A stretch of DNA of 64,000 nt from a virus: IMG/VR virus record IMGVR_UViG_640753020_000004; one strand, 5' to 3'. Positions 8,898-18,478 of this stretch are shown here, in pieces. A program made the translations under genes and the position numbers. Under the pieces are notes generated by a model, which was not told the origin of the DNA, searched no databases, and saw only the letters and a list, made by a program, of their open reading frames with translations. How positions within the stretch are numbered: position 1 is the first letter of the stretch; every line of letters begins with the position of its first letter.

Positions 8898-9099
8898 TTT
8901 TCGCTCTCCTTTCATGAATAAAAATTTCCTCAATTGATTTTCCAAAATAATCTGAAATAGCAAATGCTAATTCTAATGAGGGATTATACTTGCCTGTTTC
9001 TATTGAACTAATTGTTTGCCTTGAAACTTTAAGAGCTTTCGCTAGTTTCTCTTGATTAAGTCCTATGCGCTTTCTAAGCTCTTCAATCTTATTTTGCAT
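8884..9099 (-). CDS. XRE-family transcriptional regulator
   Basis: NKIEELRKRIGLNQEKLAKALKVSRQTISSIETGKYNPSLELA. Confidence 0.92.
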   Translation of the reverse strand: MQNKIEELRKRIGLNQEKLAKALKVSRQTISSIETGKYNPSLELAFAISDYFGKSIEEIFIHERRAKNEKK

Positions 9100-9116
9100 T
9101 TAACCACCCCATTTAT

Positions 9117-9179
9117 GACAAGGTACCTTTACATTAATTATAAATATCCTATTTAGTTCTGTCAAGGTACCTTTACATT
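9117..9179 (-). promoter_or_regulatory. Consensus sigma-A promoter flanked by two 17-bp direct-repeat operators
   Basis: TTGACA (9165-9160)-N17-TATAAT (9142-9137). CAAGGTACCTTTACATT occurs at 9119 and 9163 and contains the palindrome AAGGTACCTT. Confidence 0.85.
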
Positions 9180-9230
9180 TTAGCAAAATAAAAAAGCTAT
9201 CTCTAGCTCCTATTTTGCCTTTGTGTTTTA

Positions 9231-9386
9231 TTATGCAACGTAATCTATATTAGTAATCTGCTTATATTCATCTTGTGTGATTTCACCAAATAAATTAGTA
9301 TCTGTTTTTACAGCTATCTTTAATGCTGTAGCATCCACCCACTTATAATTGAAAGCCATTTGCCAAAATGTAAAATTTATACTCAT
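9231..9386 (-). CDS. XkdX-family small tail protein (51 aa; not in the ORF track)
   Basis: MSINFTFWQMAFNYKWVD..AV....GEITQDEYKQIT; coupled to the upstream stop. Confidence 0.8.
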   Translation of the reverse strand: MSINFTFWQMAFNYKWVDATALKIAVKTDTNLFGEITQDEYKQITNIDYVA

Positions 9387-9586
9387 TAATTTGTACCTCC
9401 TTGTAATTGAATAACTTGCAATTTCAAATTAGCTACCTGCTGCCCTAGACCATCAATAACTACATCCTTCTGTATATTTTTTAATTTTTCCTGTGCTAAT
9501 TGCTGTCCTAAGCTTTGTAAAGTATTACCATCTTCTTTCTCCTTTTGTATTTTATTTACAACTGTAACATTTACATATCTACCCAT
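9386..9586 (-). CDS. Small tail-associated protein (XkdW-like position)
   Basis: Lies between the tail fibre and XkdX; LGQQLAQEKL repeat. Confidence 0.6.
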   Translation of the reverse strand: MGRYVNVTVVNKIQKEKEDGNTLQSLGQQLAQEKLKNIQKDVVIDGLGQQVANLKLQVIQLQGGTN

Positions 9587-9600
9587 AAATTTTCCTCCTT

Positions 9601-12600
9601 TTATGCTATCGCATATGCAATGGCATTTAATTTATTATCTTTTCCTAAAATTTTTATACTCGCATTATCTGTATTTAGATTGGAACCTTTGAATATGAAT
9701 TTTTCAGTGTCTATGTTATCTAATTCTAAATCAACATCTTCTTGTTTAACTTCGAAATCTGCAATAGGAACTTGTTGTCCGTCTGTAAGTGTTGTGGGAG
9801 TTTGCATTGTTAGGGTATACCCCTCGCCCACTGTCCATCTACCCCTGAATTTAACTCCTATTTGCCCCGTTTGACCATCTTTATATATAAATAAAGGAAT
9901 TGTAAAATTAAATATTTCACCGATTGCACTGGGGTACTGTTTCCCACCTCCAGATATTATAGACACTACTCCACTCCATCCTGTGGAAGCGTCCCAAGTA
10001 GTTCGGTAAATATTGGAATCATTATTATAACAAAGTATAAATCCTTCATTATCAGTATTGAAAGCTATAGTTGGAGCATAAAAAATACTTCCACTTAATT
10101 TTGTTCTAGAACTCCATGTTGCCCCATTATCATCTGAATAGGACACTCCTATTGCATTATTATCAGAAGAATCGCCACTTACCCAACTAACCCAAATACG
10201 ACCATTTGCTAGTCCATTTATACTCTGCGGAACGAATATTGCACATGGGTTAGATTGAGCATAAGCACCCCCCGAATATATTTGAATCTCTCCTGTATGC
10301 CACTCAGTACCATCATAATAATCAAATCTTATATAATTTGCCGATGAACTTACATAACTAGAAATTATACCGGGATTATTATCCTGTCTTAATATTATTG
10401 TAGGGGTAGTTATATTATAGTCACTTGCATTTATAGAAGTTACCTGTCTTACGCTTCCCCAAGTCACACTTCCATCTGAATTTATGGTTCCTTTACAATA
10501 TCTAATATTGAACGAATTTGGGTAAGTAGAATTTTTGGAACTCCACGCTGCATGAAGATAATTTCCTGTTGAATCTACTACTAATGAACAACCTCCTTCT
10601 GTATCTGTTTGTGTTGAATCTATACTATAAGCAGTTAATGATGTATCGATAGTTGTCGTACCTATTGTAGTAGCATCAAAATTAAATGTACAAACTGATC
10701 CTTTGCTTGATGTTGTACAATGTATTCCATAAATTATATTACCCTTAGATTGTATAGCCCAACTTGATATAGCTGCACCGGCGTATATAGTACAGGAGGG
10801 TATAAATCCATTGCCGTCTCTCTTGTCAATATAAAATTTAATTTGACTAGTACTACATAAACAACTAGCAACCAACCACCCATTACTTAGTCTAACAAGC
10901 TTCCTCCCACCGTTTCCACTCGTGTCATAAGCTTGATTTACCACTGTGGCATCTGTAACTGTATTAGTTATAAAATTTCCAGTAGCATTTAGTACTTCAT
11001 TAAGCACCCCATCCATAAGCAACTTATCCCCTGCTGTCAATGTTTTATCTGTAGCACCTGTAATTACTGTGGTACTATTGTCTACAGCTCCTTTTATCGT
11101 TGCCTTATTTATTTTATCTACATATAAACTCAAGTCTAAATCATTGAAAGTATCAAATGCTTCATCTTTCATTTTCAACATTTTTTCTATGGGGTATATA
11201 AGTAATTCTTCATTTTCTGAAACAGTAACAGGGTCAGTTAAGGTTATATCATATGTTATTGTTCCTATTGTCCACTTTCCATAAAAAGCAACTCTTGTAT
11301 TTTGACTATCTTGCCATATAGTAATTGGATTAGTGAAATTATTATAATTATCACAAGTTGAAGGATATAAGCATTGATTTGTTGTAACCGACGTTACACT
11401 AATTAGGGAACTCCAAGAAGAACCGTTCCATATAATTTGTTTAATTTGTTTATATGAAGTACTAACTGCACTATTTACACCATGCCATAATATATATACA
11501 TACCCATTTATATCACTTGTTATAGAAGGATATGCTTGTTCATACGAATTTCCTGATGTTAACTTTTGTTTCGAACTCCATGATATTCCATTATCGTCTG
11601 AATAAGATAAATAAATATTAAATACCGACGTATCTGTATTATCTAACCCATGCCACACTACCCAAATACGTCCTGCATTTGTACCATATTTTTGTAAAGT
11701 TGCTGTTGGATGTGCTTGGGTATAAGAAGTAGACTCTGCTGTATATGCCGTTTTTTCACTCCATGAAGAACCATTATATATTTGTGCTAATATTTTATAT
11801 GCACTACAATCATATGAACTAAATATTATTGGGGAATTATTTTTATCATATTGTACATATGGATTAACATATCCAAGAGTTGTTGCACCCCTAACAGTTA
11901 CTTGATCAACTCCGCTGGTTCCATCTTGTTTAGTCCACGTAATTCCTCCATCTATTGATTTCGCACTTCTAATATTATTAGTATTTGAATAATTGGAATT
12001 TTTAGAACACCATGCTGCTGTCAGAGTCCCTGTAGAAGATACTGCTATTGAACAACCTGCACCTATAGATGTTTGCGAGTCAATTGAATTTATATTTTGA
12101 CTGGCATTTGTAACTGTTGTAACATCAAATATAACTTTAAATACATTAGTTGAATTTGTGAATATAACATAAATGTTAGTACCATAACTACACATTGCAA
12201 AATAAGTAGTTGTACTTATTGATAATACGCTACATAATGCTTGAAAAGATGCACCGTTATCTTTAGAGACTTTAAAATAAAGATTTCCGCCTGTACTATC
12301 AAATTCACAAGTTACGATCCACCCATTACTAAGCACTTGTGGTCTAGCTGTAGCACTTGTAGTATAACCACTATTAACTACACTTACAGGAGTTGCCCTA
12401 TCATAAGTAACTGAATTATTTACACTACTTACATTAGTTATTACATTTGTATTATCAATTTTATCTCCTACTCCCACAACTTTATCTACATTAATTAAAG
12501 CTACACCGTTATAATCAGATGTAGCTTTCACTGTGTAAGGTTCGACGCTAGGAAAGTTAACTCTTTTATTTTCAGAATCATAGGAAGCTGTAGTCTCTGG

Positions 12601-13392
12601 AGCTATATTAGAATTATCTGCAAATGTATCATAAAAACCTACACCTGTTTTGTTCACAAAGTCTATTGCTGTTTGTTCTTTAAGTTTTAACTTTACATCC
12701 ATTATTTCATTTCTTACTTGTATATCGTTGGTATTTAAATTATTTATTCTAGCATTTAAATTACTAAATTCTGTCTCATTATCTGCCTCATGCGACTTAA
12801 AATTACTATTAACTTCTTCCAAAGTGGTGCCATCATCTGTTTTTATATCAGAAGCTTTCAATACTACATTGCCGGTTTTTTCGTTTACTTTAGTTACTGG
12901 GAAAGATATATTTTGTATCTGATTTCTCAATTCCTGTATATCCTCTTGTGTAGCAAAGGTTACCGTTGGGTCTATTTTTAGGGTAACACTTGCAGAATTA
13001 GAGACCTCAAGTATCGTTCTTATCGTTATTTCCTTAGTACTTCCATCTGCTGCCTGTGGTTTATATGTTTCAGGATATTTACCCACAGCAAGCATATACC
13101 CTTCATCATCAAATATGCCAACCTCACGTATTGTAAACCCCCCTACATTAGATGGAATTGGTACAATAATAAATATCCAATTGGGATTATCCAGATCTGT
13201 AGTTATAGAATTTATATTCCCCTGCCATACAGTATGGACAAGATCCTCTTGTGCTTCTGTAGGGTTATAATAAGTACCGTTGCTATCTCCTACTTTTAAA
13301 GTAGTAAAATTCACCTTTGTTCCTAATGCTGTGGCATTAGCTATCTTAGCTTTTCCCACATTGGTAAGTATTGTATAAAAACTCTCTGCCAA
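9601..13392 (-). CDS. Tail fibre/receptor-binding protein: tail-collar (DUF3751-like) N-terminus plus two duplicated Asp-box/beta-propeller modules
   Basis: YTILTNVGKAKIANA..GDSNG..VREVGIFDDEG N-terminus; Asp-boxes SKDNGASF, SIDGGITW, SDDNGISW, SDDNGATW. Confidence 0.85.
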   Translation of the reverse strand: MAESFYTILTNVGKAKIANATALGTKVNFTTLKVGDSNGTYYNPTEAQEDLVHTVWQGNINSITTDLDNPNWIFIIVPIPSNVGGFTIREVGIFDDEGYMLAVGKYPETYKPQAADGSTKEITIRTILEVSNSASVTLKIDPTVTFATQEDIQELRNQIQNISFPVTKVNEKTGNVVLKASDIKTDDGTTLEEVNSNFKSHEADNETEFSNLNARINNLNTNDIQVRNEIMDVKLKLKEQTAIDFVNKTGVGFYDTFADNSNIAPETTASYDSENKRVNFPSVEPYTVKATSDYNGVALINVDKVVGVGDKIDNTNVITNVSSVNNSVTYDRATPVSVVNSGYTTSATARPQVLSNGWIVTCEFDSTGGNLYFKVSKDNGASFQALCSVLSISTTTYFAMCSYGTNIYVIFTNSTNVFKVIFDVTTVTNASQNINSIDSQTSIGAGCSIAVSSTGTLTAAWCSKNSNYSNTNNIRSAKSIDGGITWTKQDGTSGVDQVTVRGATTLGYVNPYVQYDKNNSPIIFSSYDCSAYKILAQIYNGSSWSEKTAYTAESTSYTQAHPTATLQKYGTNAGRIWVVWHGLDNTDTSVFNIYLSYSDDNGISWSSKQKLTSGNSYEQAYPSITSDINGYVYILWHGVNSAVSTSYKQIKQIIWNGSSWSSLISVTSVTTNQCLYPSTCDNYNNFTNPITIWQDSQNTRVAFYGKWTIGTITYDITLTDPVTVSENEELLIYPIEKMLKMKDEAFDTFNDLDLSLYVDKINKATIKGAVDNSTTVITGATDKTLTAGDKLLMDGVLNEVLNATGNFITNTVTDATVVNQAYDTSGNGGRKLVRLSNGWLVASCLCSTSQIKFYIDKRDGNGFIPSCTIYAGAAISSWAIQSKGNIIYGIHCTTSSKGSVCTFNFDATTIGTTTIDTSLTAYSIDSTQTDTEGGCSLVVDSTGNYLHAAWSSKNSTYPNSFNIRYCKGTINSDGSVTWGSVRQVTSINASDYNITTPTIILRQDNNPGIISSYVSSSANYIRFDYYDGTEWHTGEIQIYSGGAYAQSNPCAIFVPQSINGLANGRIWVSWVSGDSSDNNAIGVSYSDDNGATWSSRTKLSGSIFYAPTIAFNTDNEGFILCYNNDSNIYRTTWDASTGWSGVVSIISGGGKQYPSAIGEIFNFTIPLFIYKDGQTGQIGVKFRGRWTVGEGYTLTMQTPTTLTDGQQVPIADFEVKQEDVDLELDNIDTEKFIFKGSNLNTDNASIKILGKDNKLNAIAYAIA

Positions 13393-13395
13393 GGC

Positions 13396-14028
13396 TTATC
13401 CCTCCTTTGGATATACGGTTATTGTTTCAGTATTGTTTGCTACTGCTGTTGCAACATTAATTTTCCCCCTGGATTCTATTTCTCTTGGTGTCCATGGATA
13501 TACTGTTATTGTTTCACCAGATATAGAAGCTGCAGCATAATAAATATTCATGTTTGTTACAGATGTCATCTTATATTTGACAGATTGATGGGACGGTTTT
13601 ATCCTCTTAACAGTTTTATATAACTCCACTAAATCTTCAGGGAAACCACTACTACTAAGCAAATCAACCTGAAATGTATATGGAGCCACATTTTCTGTTA
13701 TATGAACACTTGCATTTGTGTAAGTACTGATTATTTTAGCCATATTTAAAGGTGTCATGGGCCATCTAGTCTGAAGCTTTACAATTACCTTCTTTCTTCT
13801 TTTTTCTATATCTTCGCTTAAATTCGTTAGAAGCCCTAATCTTTTTTCCCACCATGTAAGTCCCCATGTAGCAGTCTGGGGAAAAAATTGCTTTAGTATT
13901 TCATCTATAATACTGTCTGTATTGTCAAATTCACTTCCTATGGCTTCATATATAGATTGTTCTATAGCACTTGATTGTGAATCAGGCGATATATATTTAA
14001 TCATCTGCTGTCCTCTAGGAGACTCCAT
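13396..14028 (-). CDS. Baseplate protein DUF2313/YmfQ (XkdU-like)
   Basis: FFPQTATWGLTWWEKRLGL, IKPSH; follows baseplate J. Confidence 0.85.
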   Translation of the reverse strand: MESPRGQQMIKYISPDSQSSAIEQSIYEAIGSEFDNTDSIIDEILKQFFPQTATWGLTWWEKRLGLLTNLSEDIEKRRKKVIVKLQTRWPMTPLNMAKIISTYTNASVHITENVAPYTFQVDLLSSSGFPEDLVELYKTVKRIKPSHQSVKYKMTSVTNMNIYYAAASISGETITVYPWTPREIESRGKINVATAVANNTETITVYPKEG

Positions 14029-15145
14029 TTGCTACCACCTCATTTACTACTGCAACCTGCTCATTTAATGTTATATCTACAGTTTCATCATTTACAGTTA
14101 GATTAGAATAATTATCAATTCCTTTCTTCTGCAAAATAAAAGAACCTACTACAGAATCAACTGCTTTAAATAGTATGGTTTCACTTAAATCCACCTTTGT
14201 AACATAGTTATTTACTTCATTTTTTATATTTGTAAGTACTTCAGGCGGATCATATCCACTTGTAAATATGAAATCAGCTTTAATACTAAGATTTAAAATA
14301 GAGGCTGTTGCAACTGTTACTATTGCCCCTATAGGTGCCAGTCCTCCCCTGTTTTGCCCTGGTGGAACTATTGGAGCAATATAATTCTGTACTGCTTCTA
14401 TAAGTTCCTGTGTGGCAGTCTGTCCGTTTTTATCAAGGATTAAAACTTTAACTGTACCTGGACCATTCCATTCCGATACAGGATAAGCATACCCTACTCC
14501 ATCAACCTTCTGTGCCCATCTTATGTAATCGCTATCGGCACCACTAAGCTTCTCCTGCTGTTCTGCCTCTGTAATCCTCTGCGAATAATGGGTATCATCT
14601 TCTATATCAGTGCCACCTTTAAATTGTTCCTCATTGGTTACACTTTTGACCCCGTTTATAGGAGTTAAAAGCATAGTTATACTCCCTGGAGGAACATTAC
14701 CTATACTTCCTGCCTGTGTACATTTTGCATCTATATAAGCTGTTTCCGTAGAATCTATAGTTTTAGTTTCCTGAAATTTATACTCTATGCTTGTCTTGTC
14801 TTCCGTAGCAACGGTACAAGCAATTTTACCTTCTACAATTTGGGTACCAGGAACAGCAGTTACTTTTATTTTTCCAGTACTAAATGTAGCCGCATTTCTA
14901 GGAAGTCCTTTTAACTCTCCGAGATAATCTAAATATTGATCATAACTTGTTTGAGGAAAAGCTATTTTTAAAAATCTCTGCAGTTTATATTGTATAGTTG
15001 CCATTTCATCCGCAGTGGGTCTTGTGTTGTCCCAGAAGAAATCCCCTTCAATGGTATTTACATCTTTAGGAGCTTTTTTAAGCATTCGTGCATGTATGGT
15101 ATCTGCATTTTCGCTAAGAAAATCGGGCATTTCAAAGTCTGCCAT
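14015..15145 (-). CDS. Baseplate J/gp47-like protein (XkdT-like)
   Basis: EGDFFWD, YLDYLG, GSIGNV, GGTDIEDD, DYIRWA, WNGPGTVKV. Confidence 0.92.
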   Translation of the reverse strand: MADFEMPDFLSENADTIHARMLKKAPKDVNTIEGDFFWDNTRPTADEMATIQYKLQRFLKIAFPQTSYDQYLDYLGELKGLPRNAATFSTGKIKVTAVPGTQIVEGKIACTVATEDKTSIEYKFQETKTIDSTETAYIDAKCTQAGSIGNVPPGSITMLLTPINGVKSVTNEEQFKGGTDIEDDTHYSQRITEAEQQEKLSGADSDYIRWAQKVDGVGYAYPVSEWNGPGTVKVLILDKNGQTATQELIEAVQNYIAPIVPPGQNRGGLAPIGAIVTVATASILNLSIKADFIFTSGYDPPEVLTNIKNEVNNYVTKVDLSETILFKAVDSVVGSFILQKKGIDNYSNLTVNDETVDITLNEQVAVVNEVVANGVS

Positions 15146-15149
15146 ATAA

Positions 15150-15620
15150 TCACCCCACCTTCGTTGTATTATTCATGTCAATTGATTCTTCATCTACGGT
15201 AATTACAGTGTAATCATAATACAATTCCCCATTGTTCTGCCAGGTAAAAGCAAAGTCCTTTACATCCTTGGTCATGGGATGAACTATCAATGTATCTGTG
15301 GTCATTCTTTTAACTTCAAGTTCTATAGCTTCCCTTGAATACAGTGAATCCGACAAGGTATCCAATTCATGACCGTATAATCTACTGTAAGCTCTAAATC
15401 CCACAGGAGTATTCATTGCTTTATTGCACCATTGTTCATAAGCTTCCAGTCTGTTACATCTTGCTAAAGTTCCATCCGGGTTTCTTACAAATTCACCCTT
15501 GTTAAAGTCAAATTTATAGGAACCTTTATATCCTGCATCACTATTATTACCACTGGTAGTACTAGTACTTGATGATGTGGTATCATTTGTATAATCACTA
15601 TCCGGAAATAGATTAGGCAT
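15150..15620 (-). CDS. DUF2634 baseplate protein (XkdS-like)
   Basis: FDFNKGEF, EAYEQW..KA, YSRLYGHEL. Confidence 0.85.
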   Translation of the reverse strand: MPNLFPDSDYTNDTTSSSTSTTSGNNSDAGYKGSYKFDFNKGEFVRNPDGTLARCNRLEAYEQWCNKAMNTPVGFRAYSRLYGHELDTLSDSLYSREAIELEVKRMTTDTLIVHPMTKDVKDFAFTWQNNGELYYDYTVITVDEESIDMNNTTKVG

Positions 15621-15951
15621 TTCTCACCCTCCCTATAACTATAAATTCACTTCCTACCTGGGCAACCAATACCCTGTCACCTGACTTCAGGGGTTTTAAC
15701 ATTTCTGGAGTTTTTACATTATGTGAATGACTGTATTCTCCTCCAGCAACATCAGTTTGAGTAAAATAATCCTTATCCAGTTTTAAATAGTCAAGTACCT
15801 TGTAATCCGTTATCTCATGTTTAAAGTTATCAAGTTTCAACCCTGCTTCTGTCATAGTGCCAAATTCAACGCCAAGTCCCGAAACAGCATTATTTACAGA
15901 TTTATTAGTGTGGTCTTTCATTGTACTAGCTAGTTCCTCCATCTCCCGCAT
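15613..15951 (-). CDS. Baseplate spike-like protein (XkdR/DUF2577-like)
   Basis: LKSGDRVLVA....FIVIGRV; gene order. Confidence 0.7.
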   Translation of the reverse strand: MREMEELASTMKDHTNKSVNNAVSGLGVEFGTMTEAGLKLDNFKHEITDYKVLDYLKLDKDYFTQTDVAGGEYSHSHNVKTPEMLKPLKSGDRVLVAQVGSEFIVIGRVRNA

Positions 15952-16912
15952 AAAACTTCCTCCTTATATAATCCATAGTTCCAACGGTTAACTCCATCTT
16001 CCCACTGCTTCCCAAAGTGTGTGTAACACTTGCCACATATAGTTCAACGCCATCAAGGCTTACTTTATCCCCTGCCCTTATGGTATTTATATCAACGCCA
16101 CAGCTTATATTTATATAGTCCTCACCTGTGCTAAAAATGGAATCTGCTTTTTTCTTGGCTTCATCTGCATTTGTTACCTTGTCGTCCTGAACTATCTTTC
16201 TTAAAGTACCATAACCTCTGGTTTCTTTTTCATAGATACCAATGACGGGCGATAAGCTTTCATCCTGCTGTGTTCCTAAAACTTTTACCTGGGTTACAGC
16301 ACCTTCGAGAGAACTGTATTCCTCTATTTCCTCTGCTATGGATTCTAATTTCCATACAGTAGTATTTGTACCTATCTCAATCAGATCCAGTTTATCTTCC
16401 TGCATCCTGACTTTGTAGAGCTTACCGCCTTTCTGGGCTGTCTCCTTCAGGTCTTTAAATATCATGTCAAGAATTTTATCGCCACCTCTGTATATATTCT
16501 TGGCAAGCCCTATTCCTGTATCTGCAAAAATTCCTATAGGTATATTCCAGTCACCTGCATACCTTGTTATCCTCTGAGTGGCGGTCTGACCCTCTATGTG
16601 CTGGTACTCATCCTCTGAATTTTCAAGATAGACTGTTCTCTCCTTACATTCAAGGTTCAGGTAATGCTCTTTTCTGTTTCGATCCCTTTCCCATACAACA
16701 CCTTTAAACACCCTTACATCAGTGCTTCCATTAAAGGGAGTATCCCATATTTCAATACCATTGCCTTTAACAAACTGTATGCTCTGGAGCTGTTCAGTTT
16801 CAATCAGCTTGACTGTGGCCATATATGCTATGGAATCTATGCTTTCCTGCAGGGTAACACCCTCATTTAAATTGCCAACCTTATAATTATCTTTTGCGAT
16901 TATACTTATCAT
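15926..16912 (-). CDS. Tail hub protein (XkdQ/YqbQ-like)
   Basis: FKGVVWER, IRAGDKV, YVASVTHT, M.L.V; gene order. Confidence 0.85.
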   Translation of the reverse strand: MISIIAKDNYKVGNLNEGVTLQESIDSIAYMATVKLIETEQLQSIQFVKGNGIEIWDTPFNGSTDVRVFKGVVWERDRNRKEHYLNLECKERTVYLENSEDEYQHIEGQTATQRITRYAGDWNIPIGIFADTGIGLAKNIYRGGDKILDMIFKDLKETAQKGGKLYKVRMQEDKLDLIEIGTNTTVWKLESIAEEIEEYSSLEGAVTQVKVLGTQQDESLSPVIGIYEKETRGYGTLRKIVQDDKVTNADEAKKKADSIFSTGEDYINISCGVDINTIRAGDKVSLDGVELYVASVTHTLGSSGKMELTVGTMDYIRRKFYAGDGGTS

Positions 16913-16920
16913 AGTATCAC

Positions 16921-17679
16921 CTACCTAACATAATCAGTGCAAATCCAGCCTCCATGGTTGCTCCAGTATATATCTGCCCAATTACCCTGTATGCTTCCAA
17001 TCTTATAGCACTCATCCTTTTTAACTGTTCCCCTTATTCCATAACTTTCTCCAGGTCCATCTCTCACATTCAAAACATCTGCGGTAACTATTATCCACTC
17101 TCCTGCCCTGTGGGAATACTTTGCACCACTACTTTCCGTAGTAGTTTGTCTATTATCTTGAAGAGTGGAATCGACCTGGGATATTTTAAGGTCCCTATGT
17201 GTCCTGAATGTAAATGTAAAGTATCTGCTATTATTAAGTCCTTCCGGTCTTATCTCTTCATTCATGGTGCTTAATTTTACCAGGCTGTTAAAGCCTATAA
17301 CAGTTATAATTAATCTTAATGCCTCCTCCTGTTCCTGCCACTTTTCAAGCTTCTCAATAGTTTCTTTTGAATTGGCTATATCTGTATACCTGCAGTAAGG
17401 TTCATAGACATCTGGAATTAAGGTTTCCATGCTTATTTCCTTTATTTTAGTGCCTTTGTCGCTTATGTCTATTTCCCCTATGTCCACTATATCGGCAGTG
17501 CTATATTTCTTCTCCCTGTTGACTGTGAGACTTAAGGGGTTGACTGGAAAATGGAAAGTCTCACTATCTTTTGTATTTGTTAGGTACACATCAAAATTGC
17601 TGTTGGCAACCCTGTCAAGTGCATTTAGTACAGATTTAGATGCATCCTGTATAACATCAACTATATTGCTAAAGTCCAA
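16921..17679 (-). CDS. Tail tube initiator (XkdP-like) with a C-terminal SH3b domain
   Basis: FPVNP N-terminal domain; VTADVLNVRDGPG..Y..RG.V......GNW..I...GWI..DYV. Confidence 0.8.
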   Translation of the reverse strand: MDFSNIVDVIQDASKSVLNALDRVANSNFDVYLTNTKDSETFHFPVNPLSLTVNREKKYSTADIVDIGEIDISDKGTKIKEISMETLIPDVYEPYCRYTDIANSKETIEKLEKWQEQEEALRLIITVIGFNSLVKLSTMNEEIRPEGLNNSRYFTFTFRTHRDLKISQVDSTLQDNRQTTTESSGAKYSHRAGEWIIVTADVLNVRDGPGESYGIRGTVKKDECYKIGSIQGNWADIYWSNHGGWICTDYVR

Positions 17680-17683
17680 AAAA

Positions 17684-17755
17684 TCACCCCCTATTCCATT
17701 ATCTTCTAAAGGTTTTGGTATTATTTTGTAGAATTATCACCTAAAAGGAGGTGAT
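17684..17755. repeat. Divergent RBS-promoter-RBS element, copy 1
   Basis: TCACCCC..CCATTATCTTCTAAAGG..TTTGTAGAATTATCAC..AGGAGGTGAT. Confidence 0.8.
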
Positions 17756-17984
17756 GAACATGCAAATAACATTAACCTATAATTTTAGTTCTGAGTGTCC
17801 TTATTTAAATGAACCCCATTGTATATCCATTGACTATATAAAATTTGATATGACTGGCACTGGAATGCCCGGATATAAAAAAGGTTCTTATTTCTGCAAT
17901 AAAGTAAAAAACTGTCCATATCCTTCAAAAGATAGATGGGGACGCTGTCCTGTTTACTTAGATGCTCCTTGTCCACCTGAGTAA
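17751..17984 (+). CDS. Small Cys-rich antisense moron protein
   Basis: AGGAGGTG RBS; CP..C..C...CP..CP..CP; convergent with 17954-18472. Confidence 0.7.
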   Translation: MMNMQITLTYNFSSECPYLNEPHCISIDYIKFDMTGTGMPGYKKGSYFCNKVKNCPYPSKDRWGRCPVYLDAPCPPE

Positions 17985-18472
17985 GATGTATCAATTAAAT
18001 TAGACAGTTTATAAAATGCCGGCCATGGATTGAGGGTTTGCTTGTTTTCGCTGCAATAGTGGCCGCATCCAACACATGCATCAGGTACATTCTTTTTCTT
18101 ATCCCAGCAAGTAAAAATAAACATTTTTAAGTGACGATAAATACATTCAAGCTCGCCTTTATTGAGTTGTTCCTGTTGCTCCAGTTTTGTATTCATAACT
18201 CGTGCCCAAATAAGATAATCCAGACCTGTTATATGAACTAATTTATTCATTACATCTGAATAAATAAAATCACTTTTAAAGCAATCTCTAACAAACTTGC
18301 ATGTATTACATGGATTATAATCTTCAAGTTTATTTTCCACTCGATCTATATACATTTGTAAATGACTTGCTACACAGAATATTTCATGTTCAGTAAATTG
18401 GAACTGCTTCTGAGCTGGTACTTCAGAAGCAGTCGTTTCTTTATTCACATCTTGTAATTTTTCATTACTCAT
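17954..18472 (-). CDS. Hypothetical protein with a duplicated Cys/His metal-binding domain
   Basis: Two copies of E(I/L)xC(V/I)xxHL..CxxC..C; GAGG RBS after the TMP stop. Confidence 0.65.
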   Translation of the reverse strand: MSNEKLQDVNKETTASEVPAQKQFQFTEHEIFCVASHLQMYIDRVENKLEDYNPCNTCKFVRDCFKSDFIYSDVMNKLVHITGLDYLIWARVMNTKLEQQEQLNKGELECIYRHLKMFIFTCWDKKKNVPDACVGCGHYCSENKQTLNPWPAFYKLSNLIDTSYSGGQGASK

Positions 18473-18478
18473 CTATCC

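Noticed and set aside
9601-13392. Diversity-generating retroelement (TR/VR) in the tail fibre
   Set aside because: The two modules are diverged throughout rather than differing only at adenines, and no reverse transcriptase is in the window.
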